Program-made: the position numbers and the translations under genes
NCBI GenBank assembly: GCA_964016885.1
Contig: OZ024742.1
Span: 107,136,001-107,200,000 of the forward strand
DNA length: 64,000 bases
Direction of reading: 5' to 3'
DNA from: Eledone cirrhosa
Lineage: Eukaryota
Shown: piece by piece, positions 1 through 10,957 of the stretch
Position numbering within the stretch: the first letter of the stretch is position 1
Layout of the letters: each line of letters opens with the position of its first letter
Notes under the pieces: generated by a model
What the model was told of the DNA's origin: nothing
Databases searched by the model: none
The model's input: the letters and a program-made list of their open reading frames with translations, nothing else

Positions 1-324
1 TGCTCAAGGTGTCTGTTACTATAGTGTATCTTCTATTTTATAATAGGCACACCATAATCCTGCATGTTGTAAGAGATGAATAAAAGAATTGGCATCAGGA
101 AGGGCATCCAGCTGTAAAGCACTATTATATCAGTCAATTAGTTGGTTAATCAGGTGTCAAATATCATGCTTCACATTGGAGAGAGAGAGAGGGAGTGAGA
201 ATTAACATTTGAGTTGAAGGAGACTATACATACTGACCAGAGTAGCAAATAAAGTATGAGATAGAGACAAAAGAATGCTGGTGAGACCACATGCACACGC
301 ACTATTACATTATATATATATATA

Positions 325-680
325 TCATCATCATCAAGGTTTAGCGTCCGTGTTCCACGCTTGCATGGGTTTGGACGGGGGTTTTCCCACTTGAGGCAAG
401 AGTGGTTGTCTTGCTCGCATAGGACTGTCTGGCGGGTTTTCTACAGCTGGATGCCCTTCCTAACACCAACCACATTTACAGTGTGGGGCTGGGAGGTTTT
501 TACCGTGTTGCCTACACGGCCACATTTACAGCGTGGACTGTGTGTTTTTTTTTGTCGTGACACCTACACGATCTCAATTGTTTCAGCCTGGATGTTGTGG
601 CACCAACATAACTTTACATTGAAAGGGGCGGTGTGGATGGGGTGGGGGTGGTTGGACGGGGGGGACGGGGGTGTGGGGGG
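325..680 (-). mobile_element. RTE LINE 3' UTR fragment with (GAT)n tail
   Basis: Reverse complement of the 3' UTR of the RTE at 58207-59630; tail appears as TCATCATCA; flanked by (TA)n. Confidence 0.9.
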
Positions 681-865
681 GTGTATATATATATACACAC
701 ACATATATATATGTGTGTGTATGTGTAAAGTATTTCTGTAGAAAAGGTAAAGTTCTATGCATTGTACAGAGCTATTGTGTTGTTCATTATGTAATTAAAT
801 ATATATATATAGTTGATAAATAAAACAAAACAAATACAGGGATGCAAAAACACAAAGTCTTATGA

Positions 866-935
866 GGTTCATGCTTAGCGGAACTGGAGGTGGGTTCTAT
901 GTTTCAGACGGAAGTCCTTCGCCAGGAAAGTTCAA
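866..935 (-). mobile_element. Penelope-like pLTR remnant with degenerate hammerhead
   Basis: Minus strand: ttc-CTGGCGA-aggac ttcc gtct-GAAA-cata-gaa; resembles 10932-11000, including the flanking GTTCAYGCTT. Confidence 0.5.
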
Positions 936-1129
936 ATACCCATGTGAAAAAGAAGTTACAATAATTTATTGTAAATAAACCTTCTTCAAGACTCCAATTG
1001 CATTTTAAACTTCTTTTTCCTATTAAAAAAAACTTAACTTTCAAATATATATACACACAAAATTAATGTCTGCAGTTGATAGCATTTCTACAAAATATTC
1101 TTTTCACACTTTCTACATTAATGTATGGA

Positions 1130-1281
1130 ATTGTAAACGTGGTTGGTGTTGGAAAGAGCATCCACCCGTAGAAAACCTGCCAGACAGTCCTATACGAGCG
1201 AGACGACCAATCTTGCCTCAAGTAGGATAATTCCCGTCTAAACCCATGCTAACGTGGAAGACAGACGCTAAACGATGATGA
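1130..1281 (+). mobile_element. RTE LINE 3' terminal fragment
   Basis: Matches the RTE tail (ggttggtgtt...catcca...gtagaaaacctgccagacagtcc...aacccatgc...aaacgatgatg). Confidence 0.85.
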
Positions 1282-1618
1282 TTCCTTTTTCTTTTTTTTT
1301 TTTTTTTTTTAAATTCGCTGCTTTATTTTAATACTATACTTATAGCGTGCATTAAATTCATCATTTTTATTTTTCAATCTATGGAGAAATATGTAAATTT
1401 GACATGTTTACATACTCACTGGGTATATTTATATACTAATTCACACACTATTGCTTAATCCTGAAGATAACCAAACTAGCAAGTATAGAATGGCTATGTC
1501 TTATGCCGGTTGAAGTTTGGAACCTTAGATAGCATGCATTATGTGTTGAGATCTTATATATATATGTATGTATTTATATAATGCATATATCAATATTTAT
1601 CTTTCAATCACTTTCTTG

Positions 1619-1660
<42 letters not shown>

Positions 1661-1702
1661 AATACAAATATTAATAAAATAGATGTTCTTTTGATCAATT
1701 AA

Positions 1703-1755
1703 ATTTTATTATACATATTTCAGAGGTACAACAGTACGTCCTCATCAGACAAAAT
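1703..1755 (-). ncRNA. Minimal type-I hammerhead ribozyme (mirror copy in the fold-back)
   Basis: Exact reverse complement of 1825-1877. Confidence 0.65.
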
Positions 1756-1824
1756 ATACATGACATACCCTGAGATGTTAAATGGTTAAGATTTAACATC
1801 TCAGAGTATGTCATGTATCATTAT

Positions 1825-1877
1825 ATTTTGTCTGATGAGGACGTACTGTTGTACCTCTGAAATATGTATAATAAAAT
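1825..1877 (+). ncRNA. Minimal type-I hammerhead ribozyme
   Basis: attttgt-CTGATGA-(gg acgtac tgtt gtac ctct)-GAAA-tatgta-TA-ataaaat; stem I 7 bp with one G-U; stem II closing pairs imperfect. Confidence 0.7.
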
Positions 1878-2209
1878 TTAATTGATCAAAAGAACATCTA
1901 TTTTATTAATATTTGTATTTTAATATTAATAACTCTGGAAAATATTTTTTGTAGAGTGCTTCCAATCTACTGTAAAACTCATTCTTTGATGTACTCATTG
2001 AATCTTGTTTAACTCTTTTATATATATTTATATATATATATATATATATATTACCACAGCAAAGGTCCAACGAGCTATTGATTACAGAGTTGAGCCAGAT
2101 CGATACAGATCGAACCTTCAGCTGATCAATAGCGAAACACACTTAACTCAATAAACGTAATGAAGACATAACAAATCGTCCATTTTATTATCATTATTAT
2201 TATTACACT

Positions 2210-2456
2210 AATTGCTGGCCTTGTGCCTAAAGTAGAAACAATTATTATTATTATACTAAGGGTGGTGAATTGGCAGTATCGGTAGAGGGTTGGGCGCCAT
2301 GCTTTGACGCATAGTTACTTCCCTTTACGATATGAGGTCAAATCCCGACGAGGTTAACTTTGCCTTTCATCCTTACGGGGTCGATAAAATAAAGTACCAG
2401 TAATGTACTGGGTAATTGCTGGCCTTGTGCCAAAAGTAGAAACAATTATTATTATT
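2210..2456 (+). mobile_element. tRNA-derived SINE with Nin/Deu-like core, preceded by a 3' fragment of another copy
   Basis: B-box-like GTCAAATCC, core GCCTTTCATCCTTACGGGGTCGATAAAATAAAGTACCAG, tail GGCCTTGTGCCAAAAGTAGAAACA(ATT)n; many copies in window. Confidence 0.85.
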
Positions 2457-2547
2457 ACACTCTGCTTGGTTCTACACCTCTATACTTACTGAAAACTACA
2501 CATCGAATGCTCACTCTGGTGAACCAACAGTAACTGGACGTTATATT

Positions 2548-2603
<56 letters not shown>

Positions 2604-2669
2604 CAGTGTATTTCCAACCGAGAAGGTATGATTTTCATGGGTACGTCTCTATTTATAAAACAAACTTTG

Positions 2670-2733
2670 TATTTTATCTGATGAAAGCGTACCAATGTTG
2701 TCTTGGTACCCTTGAAATATATATAATAAAATA
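2670..2733 (+). ncRNA. Minimal type-I hammerhead ribozyme in a Penelope-like pLTR fragment (about 2603-2780) between (TA)n runs
   Basis: tattttat-CTGATGA-aagcgtaccaa(tgttgtc)ttggtaccctt-GAAA-tatata-TA-ataaaata; 8-bp perfect stem I, 11-bp stem II with one mismatch, palindromic stem III; predicted cut after 2725. Confidence 0.82.
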
Positions 2734-2775
2734 ATTATGGTTTTATAAATATAGTTTCCATTTATTTAATATCTT

Positions 2776-2842
<67 letters not shown>

Positions 2843-2847
<5 letters not shown>

Positions 2848-3047
2848 AAAAAGTATGACCCCGACGGAAGATCTCAAGCCGTTTCGACGGCTATTTCTGG
2901 ACTATTTCAGTCCAGAAATAGCCGTCGAAACGGCTTGAGCTCTGCCGTCGGGGTCATACTTTTTCCTATTAACCACTCTACTACCCTAAGTATTGAGTAC
3001 TCTGGTGCGTTATGGTCCATCTGGTTCCTTACCACACTTCCTTCGTT
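2843..3047 (-). mobile_element. Fold-back element (61-bp arms 2843-2903/2909-2969 plus tail), probably Penelope-derived
   Basis: Hairpin with 2 mismatches and loop ATTTC; tail contains GAGTACTC and is homologous to 63730-63874; bounded by (TA)n. Confidence 0.65.
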
Positions 3048-3445
3048 TATATATATATAGCGAGAGAGAGATTGAAATATAAATATTAATATATGCATTA
3101 TATATATAGTGGTGAAAACAAAAAAGTGCCCATCCCACATAATAAAGTGGTCTCAAAGAAGAGATGTTTCGCCATAAACAATATTGGTGCCATAACTTCT
3201 CAGGGTTCGTCGGTAGGTGTAAAGAAGATACGGTCAACACTTCTAAAGAGACTTTAGACAACTGAAATAGTGCACATGATGTGAGAAACGAAAACATGCA
3301 CGCCAAACAGTACATAGTGGCTTGAATATATCAAGAAATCGCTAGAAATGGCAGCCTATAACCATTCTCTACACCTCATAATTGAAAACATACCCTTTTT
3401 GTGTTTTCTTCTATATATACTGTATTATATATATATATATATAAT

Positions 3446-4272
3446 AAGGTAAGAACGGGATGGAAGAAGTACAGGGAGCTACTGCCACTGCTAGCTGCAA
3501 AAGGCTTTTCTCTCAAAATGAAAGGCAGACTGTATGATGCGTGTATACGAACAGCAATGTTACAGGGAGTGAAACCTAGGCGCTGTCTGTAGAAGACTTG
3601 CGCAGATTAGAAAGAAACGAAGCCTGCATGCTCCGATGGATGTGTAATAGTAATATACGCGAACAACAAAGTATAAATAAATTGAGAGAGAGACTGAGCG
3701 TAAGAGGAATCAAATGCTGTGTGCAGGAGAGGAGTTTGTGTTGGTATGGACATGTGATGCGTATGAAGGATGACAGCTGCAATTTAATGTGCAGAGCACT
3801 AGAAGTCGATGGAAGCCGCGGAGTGGGGAAGACCCAAGAAGAAATGGGATGAGGTGATAAAGGCCGACCTTACCCAATTGCACCTCTCAAGAGCAATGGC
3901 ACATAACCGTGACCTCTGGCGTCACGCATTAATACAGAAGACCCGACCCCCCACAGGAACAAGCCAAAGCTGAAGCATATAGACAATATGCCCCCACCCT
4001 CTCCCAATGCAAAGTGGTCGTGGAGGTGCCATGGTAAAAAAGCACCCAGCCCACACTGTAAAGTGGACGTGTAGGCGCCACGGAAAAAAGCACCCAGCAC
4101 TCGCTGTAAATGAGGTTGGTGTTAAGAAGGGCATCCAGCTGTAGAAATCAAGCCAGAATCAGTTCCTGTATAAGCAAGACAAGGTCAGCCGACTGGACAC
4201 TGCACACAACAGGACAACCCGTCTAACCCATGCTAGCGTGGAAGAACGGACGTAAAACGATGATGATGATGA
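3446..4272 (+). mobile_element. 5'-truncated RTE LINE (subfamily B), ORF2 C-terminus plus 3' UTR
   Basis: KVRTGWKKYRELLPLLAAKGFSLKMKGRLYDACIRTAML / RRLERNEACMLRWMC / WYGHVMR with frameshifts; (GAT)n tail; (TA)n on both sides. Confidence 0.93.
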
Positions 4273-5242
4273 TATATATATATATATAAGTCCTGAGTTC
4301 ACATATATGTCATCATCATCACAGTTTTACATTTATTTTTCCATGCTAGCATGGGTTAGACTATATAGAGTGTAAACAACGTTTAATATAGAAAGTGCTT
4401 TCGTATGATTTTCTTCGAATGAAACAGTTCTATTCTTGTAGAAGCCATTTCTATATTCAATTTGTTATATAGGTATATACGTTTTTTAAATTCCTTTACT
4501 GGTTTCAACCAACAGACTGCAGCCATGATGGGACACTGCCTTCATTTAGTCGATTATATTGATCCCAGTACTTGAGTAGTCCTGAAGTACTGACATATTT
4601 TCAAAACTTGTAATTATTTTGTTGATCCTTTTTGTCAAGATGCTACATGTCATAAACACAGACACAGAAGACCGGCTTCAGCAGTTTCCCTCTACCAAAT
4701 TCCACTCACATTGGCATTGGTCAATTCAACACTATAGTAAAAGACAATCAACCCAGCTGCCACACAGCATGACTGAATCCAGAACCACATGGTTGCAAAA
4801 CACATTCCTTAACTACACAACCATATATGAACTCAGGCCACTCATTACTCATTTTTATCATGGTTTCATGTTTTAAAAAAAAATCAGGATTTTTGGTGAT
4901 AAGTGCTCCAACATGGCCGGGTGATTAATGTGTGTATGTGTGTTAAATAGTAGAGGCGTTGTATTTAATATAATTAAAACTTTATTTGCCAATTAAAATA
5001 TGGAACAAAAAATTAATATAAGTGGCATTTTTTTAATACATTTTCATTGTATAAAAATGTACTGTGAGAGCGTTAATCTCTCTGACACCAAGCTGTCTGA
5101 AACTCGCCCTAGTTCTACAATACAAAATGCTTATTTTTTAAAGTATTTATATGATTTATCTAACAAAAACATTCCATCATAATTTTATGTAAGAACCTTT
5201 AAGTAATGTTCCAAATACCAGCTTAATAATTATCGCTAATGT

Positions 5243-5430
5243 ATGCACAAGGCCAGCAATTTGCAGGGAGGGGAAAGTCGATTACATCGATCCTAGTATG
5301 CGACTGGTACTTTATTCTATCGACCTCAGAAGGATGAAAAGCAAAATTGACCTTAGAACGTAAAGAATAGGAATAAATACTGTAACACATTTTGCCTGAT
5401 GCTCTAGCGATTCTACCAATCCCCTGCCCT
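5243..5430 (-). mobile_element. Nin/Deu-like SINE (older copy)
   Basis: gcacaaggccagcaat...ctggtactttattctatcgacc...aggatgaaa matches the reverse complement of the SINE. Confidence 0.75.
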
Positions 5431-6629
5431 CACATCGGCATATTTTAAAATTGAATTGAAAATTATAGGTATTGTCTTTCATTAGAAATATAGTAATGAT
5501 AGGGTTAAATAACCCTATACCGAATTAAATTTATATCTGCATATTCAATGATACCTTTCTATAACTAATTTCTTCTGACACTCTACAGGCACTAGGGTAA
5601 GAAAAAACAACGCACTAACATATAGATATGTGTGCGGAAGGGGCGTTGCAGTAACTGTACAAAAGCCAAAGCCATTTCCCGGCCATTATAAAACTATATA
5701 ACAGCACACGCCATCAATCTTATTATCTTGTGATTCAACACGGCTTGAGTTAATGTGTGTGTGTGTGTGTGTGTGTGTGTGACCAGATATATAGTGGAAG
5801 GAACTCATTTCTCTACATAAAATCTAGTTGTGTTCAGACAAGCTTCCAGTACTCCACTGCATTTGAGAGAGAGAGAGAGGGGATGCTTGCATATACCACA
5901 CACACGTACAGAAATACACGCATATACACCACTCATCTGCTAGCAATCAATGGTATCATAATCCAACAACAACAACAAAATCTAATAACCATCAATGATA
6001 ACAATAACAACAGATTAATCATTAACAATAATTTTTAAAAAAGGAAAGGGAGAGAAAAAAAACCACAGAAGAGTTCCATTTCTTTTTAGAGTAAATCTAC
6101 TAATCTTAATGAATTGTCATATTCTTTCTTATCTCTATGGTTCCCATTTTCTTTTGTGTCTTTTGAAAGAAAATCATTCTGGCACTAAATATAAGCATTC
6201 CCCCACCACAACCACCATCATTCTTTGTCTCTTTCCCTCTCACTCTTTCTAATATCATTAAAAATGATAGAATATGTCATAACATCCAAATCGATCGATG
6301 TTTAGGTAATAGATAAATAGATGAACGATCAGCACATTTAGTCGTCGGCATCATAGCAGGTGAAAGAGGGAGGAGAGAAAACAGAAAATTAGGTAAGACA
6401 GAGAGAGAGAGAGCTTTTGGTAGATTTACTCGCAATTCTAACGCAGAAAATAACATAATGAAAAGAATAGGGGACATTTTTGCTTATTTTTTTTAGGGTT
6501 TTTCATTTTATGGGGGACGAGGTGTTTTTGTTTTTGAAATATCTGCAATGGCTTTGCATATTGGAGAGGATCGAATAGCAATAAAGACTGATATACGGTC
6601 GCCATCACTGATAGTAGCATCAGCAAGGA

Positions 6630-7080
6630 GCTAACGAGGGAGGACTATGTGATCACTTGACCAGTTAGAAATAGCAGCTAAATATACATCACATATTTTA
6701 GTGTCTTGAAAAGGAAAAAAAAAGAGGGGCACGTTGGCTTATGTAGTACTAGATAAATTAGCAAAGACTACGAGAACAGGATTGTCGTGGCCTGGAACAC
6801 CTGTGATCATAGGACAATCAGTCAGCTCAATCGGGGCCGACGTGGGACAAAGCACATCAGCAAAAACTAACAATTCAGCCTCCAAGTGGTTGCCTAACCG
6901 GCTCGAAATTCCCTCAAATCACACCCTGTAGTCTTAAATAAAGATGGCTATATTGAAAAAAAAAAAAAAGTCATCGATATATGAAAAAAAAAAAGAAAAA
7001 AAAACAGGATGGTCATGGCAGAAATGCCTTTGATCATTGGCCCAGTCGATCAGGGCTGGCCTTGGGCTCTAACAACGACT
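6630..7080 (+). mobile_element. Two tandem copies of an unclassified interspersed repeat (TAGAAATAGCAGCCAAAT family)
   Basis: Motifs TAGAAATAGCAGC / GATGGTCATGGC.GAATGCCTTTGATCAT / GGGCT.AACAAC recur at 11140, 11590-12030, 46130-46345, 56130 and inverted at 9600, 10220, 52620-52790. Confidence 0.65.
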
Positions 7081-7277
7081 ACATCAGCATTAGCAGTAGC
7101 AGATAACTGGACCACCACAAACATTGCCACTAACTACCACAGCTAGACAAGATATTAAAATAAAACAGCAGCTATAGCATCCTCTGCTTTTTCCCTTGAC
7201 AATATTTGCAGCATTACTTGGTTTATGTCCAACAAGCCAGTCAACTACTCAGTTGGCTCTAACACGCACATACATAC

Positions 7278-7308
<31 letters not shown>

Positions 7309-7591
7309 GATTCATTCATTCACACCGGTGCCGTTGCAGCTTACTCACGCTTAGTCGCCAACTAGCAGCATGGCCGGGTAATTTATTCAGAAAGAGAAGG
7401 GAAACAAGTCAGAGAGAAATCACCAACGTACCTTCCATCAGCTTTACACAACTCAACACGTTGCAAAAAGAAAAAAAAAAGAAAAAGAAAAGAAACACAC
7501 ACACATACACACTGCAGAAAAGAGATTTTTTTTAAATAGCACACACAGTATAGAAATACAGAAATACTTCACACACATACATCACATATAT

Positions 7592-7757
7592 AATTGTTTC
7601 TACTTTTGGCACAAAGCCAGCAATTAACTCAGTGCATTACTGGTACTTTATTTCATCGACCCCGTAAGGATGAACGGGAAAATTAACTCAGACCGTAAAA
7701 CTCTATATTGCAAAGCATGGCGTCCAACCATCTACCGGTACTGCCAATCCAATGCCC
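7592..7757 (-). mobile_element. Nin/Deu-like SINE
   Basis: Reverse complement of the 2263-2456 copy with an internal deletion. Confidence 0.85.
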
Positions 7758-7789
7758 TATATGTGCAAGCAGGGAAGAGCGGACGTAAA

Positions 7790-7843
<54 letters not shown>

Positions 7844-7844
7844 T

Positions 7845-8650
7845 GCCATAAGAATTGTCATAAATAGGTTTATAATCAAAATGTTATACATTTTCTCTAA
7901 AACTAAAGTAATGCCATAAATAAGTATTGTCATAGGATTATGACCAAAATATTGTCATTGATAGGTCTATGAGAGTCATGCACTCCTTTTGGTCAATCTC
8001 TGTATCTACAATGCATGAGTCCTCTCCGTTCTCTTCTATAGAGCAGAAATGTGGCCCCTCACAAAGACCCTGGCAAAGAGGATCGACAGCTTCAATAACA
8101 GAGCCCTGAGGATTATTGAGAACATCAGATGGTTCCACCACATTTCCAACAGCCTCATAACTATCTGCTGCATGCACATGTCCTCTGCTAGATCATCCTA
8201 CAAGGGCTTTACTATCAGGCTGGAAGAGACCCTGGAACAGGAAGATCTCCAGAGGCTCAACATCACCTTGGAGGATGCAGTGGAGGGCACTGATGGACAT
8301 GGTCGGCTCTACACATGATTATGATGCTTCTGGGATCACTGATCTAGGAGGACCACAGTCTCATCGAGGAAGAGCAAGAAGAAGGTCTATGACCAAAGTA
8401 TTACCATACATAGGTTAATGACAAAAGTAATGTCAGTGTTTCCATAGATAGGTTTATGACCAATTTATTATCATATATAGGTATTATCATATTTTGGTTA
8501 TCATTGTAACCAAAATAATATAAGTATTGTCATAATTAGGTTTATGACCAAAGTATTGTCATACATAGGTTTATGACCAAAATAAGTAATGTCAAAAGTA
8601 TTGTCACAAACAGGTTTATGACCAAAGTATTGTCATAGGTATTGTCTATT
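7845..8650. repeat. Degenerate minisatellite (about 25-35-bp unit ATAGGTTTATGACCAAAGTATTGTC) interrupted by a LINE
   Basis: Unit repeats at 7845-7972 and 8383-8650. Confidence 0.8.
7973..8382 (+). mobile_element. Degraded RTE-like LINE 3' fragment with (AAG)n tail and 10-bp TSD
   Basis: VLSVLLYRAEMWPLTKTLAKRIDSFNNRALRIIENIRWFHHISN is RTE-type post-RT sequence; AGGTCTATGA duplicated at 7963-7972 and 8383-8392. Confidence 0.8.
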
Positions 8651-8757
8651 ACCATACTAGGTTGACATACAAATGAAATAGTGAGGGTAAGAGAACAGAA
8701 ACATTTACAGACTTTAAGATATCCTACAGATGAATTCCAAGACCCAACCAGTAATAC

Positions 8758-8989
8758 TTAACCCTTTTGATACCAACCAGCCCGAAACCGTTCTGGCTCT
8801 ATGAAACTAAACCACCAATTTTAAAGAGTTCCTATTTAAATTATAATCTTCTAACGAAATTTGATATAAGAACCTTCTGTTGAGTTGAATTTCAGAACCA
8901 TCTTAAATTAATAATTTTAGTAAATCCCTCCTAATTGAATAATTCAAATACAGTGTATTTCATTAGGAATACGGAAATGAAAAGGTTAA
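8758..8989. mobile_element. piggyBac-like MITE
   Basis: TTAA-CCCTTTTG...GAAAAGG-TTAA ends with imperfect TIRs; related sequence at about 52230-52390 and inverted at about 47590-47810. Confidence 0.55.
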
Positions 8990-9269
8990 CTCTTAATATC
9001 CTGTAATTATTTAGCAAAAAAATATCTAAAAACAGGTCTCAATTCAAATGTTTATAGTATATTTACTAGTGGACAGATTCTTGTGAAAATTTCCAATACT
9101 AGAGTAAAGAGTAAAGACTAATTTTTATGTGATGAAGTCATAGTGTTGTTTTGTACTTTTCAAAAATGTCTTACTAATGTGGTTTCAAACTTTATAGGAT
9201 GTTAAGAGTTAACAACTTAAACCTCTCTCAAGAAACACTGTTCAGCTAATACACACACATATACACATA

Positions 9270-9331
<62 letters not shown>

Positions 9332-9704
9332 TGCGCGCGCACAGGCTAGGGACCCTGCCATGCAATGAAAAGTTGAAGGGTTCAAAGGAATATGAATCCC
9401 AGTGTGTAGAAATGTCCCCTCACAGACATACACACATAGTAGATTCACAGTGAAGTACTTAAGTTACCAACCAATTTTCACCAGCTATTCTTGGCAACAA
9501 GGTTTAGAGTGGTGATGGTGGTTGAGAACAAAAGTGAGAGAGAGGCAAGATCAAGTATAGAGTTTATGAGGAAGGAGTCAGAAAAGAATGTTTAAGTTGT
9601 TTGGCTCCAGGTCAGCCATGATTGAGCAGAGATCCTTTTGTGGTCAATAAAAAATAGTACCAGTCCAGTCATCTATATATCTTTCTCACTTCCTCTCTTA
9701 CTCC

Positions 9705-9890
9705 TACACTGGAAGAAATCAACTGTGTCCAGACCTTGAGAGAGGATGGTCTGCATCAGGCTTGAAAATACTTGTCACTACAGCCCCCTGACAACTCCAT
9801 CAGGAGTTACAAGCCCATACATATAGATAGATAGTATCACTGATGATGTCACAGGTGTGTGATGAAAGATCTTTGAGACTATATCTTTCT
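9705..9890 (+). mobile_element. Penelope-like element 3' end (possible GIY-YIG C-terminal remnant plus pLTR)
   Basis: LEEINCVQTLREDGLHQ loosely resembles the E..I...P.LNRDGG terminus of PLE endonucleases; followed by a hammerhead. Confidence 0.55.
9831..9882 (+). ncRNA. Minimal type-I hammerhead ribozyme
   Basis: atagtatca-CTGATGA-t-gtcac(aggtgt)gtgat-GAAA-gatc-TT-tgagactat; stem I 8 of 9 pairs, palindromic GATC stem III loop. Confidence 0.75.
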
Positions 9891-10100
9891 ATATATATAG
9901 GGTTGTAACATAAATTCCTGCCGTTGTTATAAAACTTTTTAATAAAAAAACGGCGGTGGTCAATCAATGATAAACATTGATTGCCAGCTAAATTAACTAT
10001 AGGGATATAAAATATACGAAAGCGAAAACCAACCCGAACGAAACAGTGAGTGTGTTTTATTATATATTTCTAGCAATATTATAACAATGACCCTCCCCAA

Positions 10101-10160
<60 letters not shown>
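10101..10160. repeat. (GATA)n microsatellite
   Basis: Perfect ATAG run. Confidence 0.95.
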
Positions 10161-10957
10161 GACTACATTGTTTCCAATGCGCCCTTCCTTTCTAAGATGT
10201 GCAATTTCTAAGGGTGCAATGACTGCTATTTCTAGCAGGTCAGGTGACTACATCAAGAGACGAAAGATCAACAGATAAAAATCTTGGAAATGGGGGTGAA
10301 AAGTTATCAAGGAATGGAGTAGATGCTGGAATTGGGAGGAAGGGGTAATACGGAGTCGTGTGGAAATGCGGGAAAGAAAGCAATGTGTTTTGTTGTACTT
10401 TTACATGAAATATTAATTTTTACAAGTCTAAATTACAAATGTAAAGAGAGGTTAAATCATAAATGTGTGTATGCATATATATATATATTTGTGTGTGTGT
10501 GTGTGTGTGTGCGTGTACGTGTGCGTGTGTGTATATAACGGCATATACGATGTTTGTTTATGTGTGTATATATAACTGGAAGGGATGAGAATATTAGTAA
10601 AGATATACACAAGGTAATGACAGTGGTGGTGGTGGAGATGGCGTGGCGTGAGGGAGAGAGCGAATAGGAAGTAAAGATACAAAATTGTATCAGTGTTGTT
10701 GTTATTGTTGCTAGTACTTAAGAGAAAGGGAGGGAGAAATGACAGATTGAATTTCGATCATTCCACACTTCCGCTTATAATAGGGCGTAGAGACACTAGT
10801 AGGATCACACTCGAGCATATACATATTGCTATTTCAAGCCTTAAACTAATATATTTCTTCCGTGTACTGTGCCATTTGTTTTGTTATTACTTGTACATGT
10901 GTCAGTAAAAAGTACAACGAACATATATATTAGTTTCACGCTTAATATAGTAGGAGA

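Larger units (their letters stand above)
1652..2020. mobile_element. Fold-back Penelope-like element: about 132-bp inverted arms (1652-1783/1791-1928) plus a one-sided tail, between (TA)n runs
   Basis: Near-perfect inverted repeat with 7-nt loop GGTTAAG; each arm carries a hammerhead motif. Confidence 0.8.

Noticed and set aside
361-741. Recurrent ORF MHGFGR...MSCSHRTVW (also 34944, 59327, 63199)
   Set aside because: Antisense translation of the RTE 3' UTR, not a gene family.
3160-3215. Minus-strand CCGACGA...GCGAAACATC hammerhead-like motif
   Set aside because: Non-canonical core and no convincing stem I or II.
7845-8650. Short spaced direct repeats resembling a CRISPR array
   Set aside because: Eukaryotic context, no unique spacers and no cas genes; it is a degenerate minisatellite.
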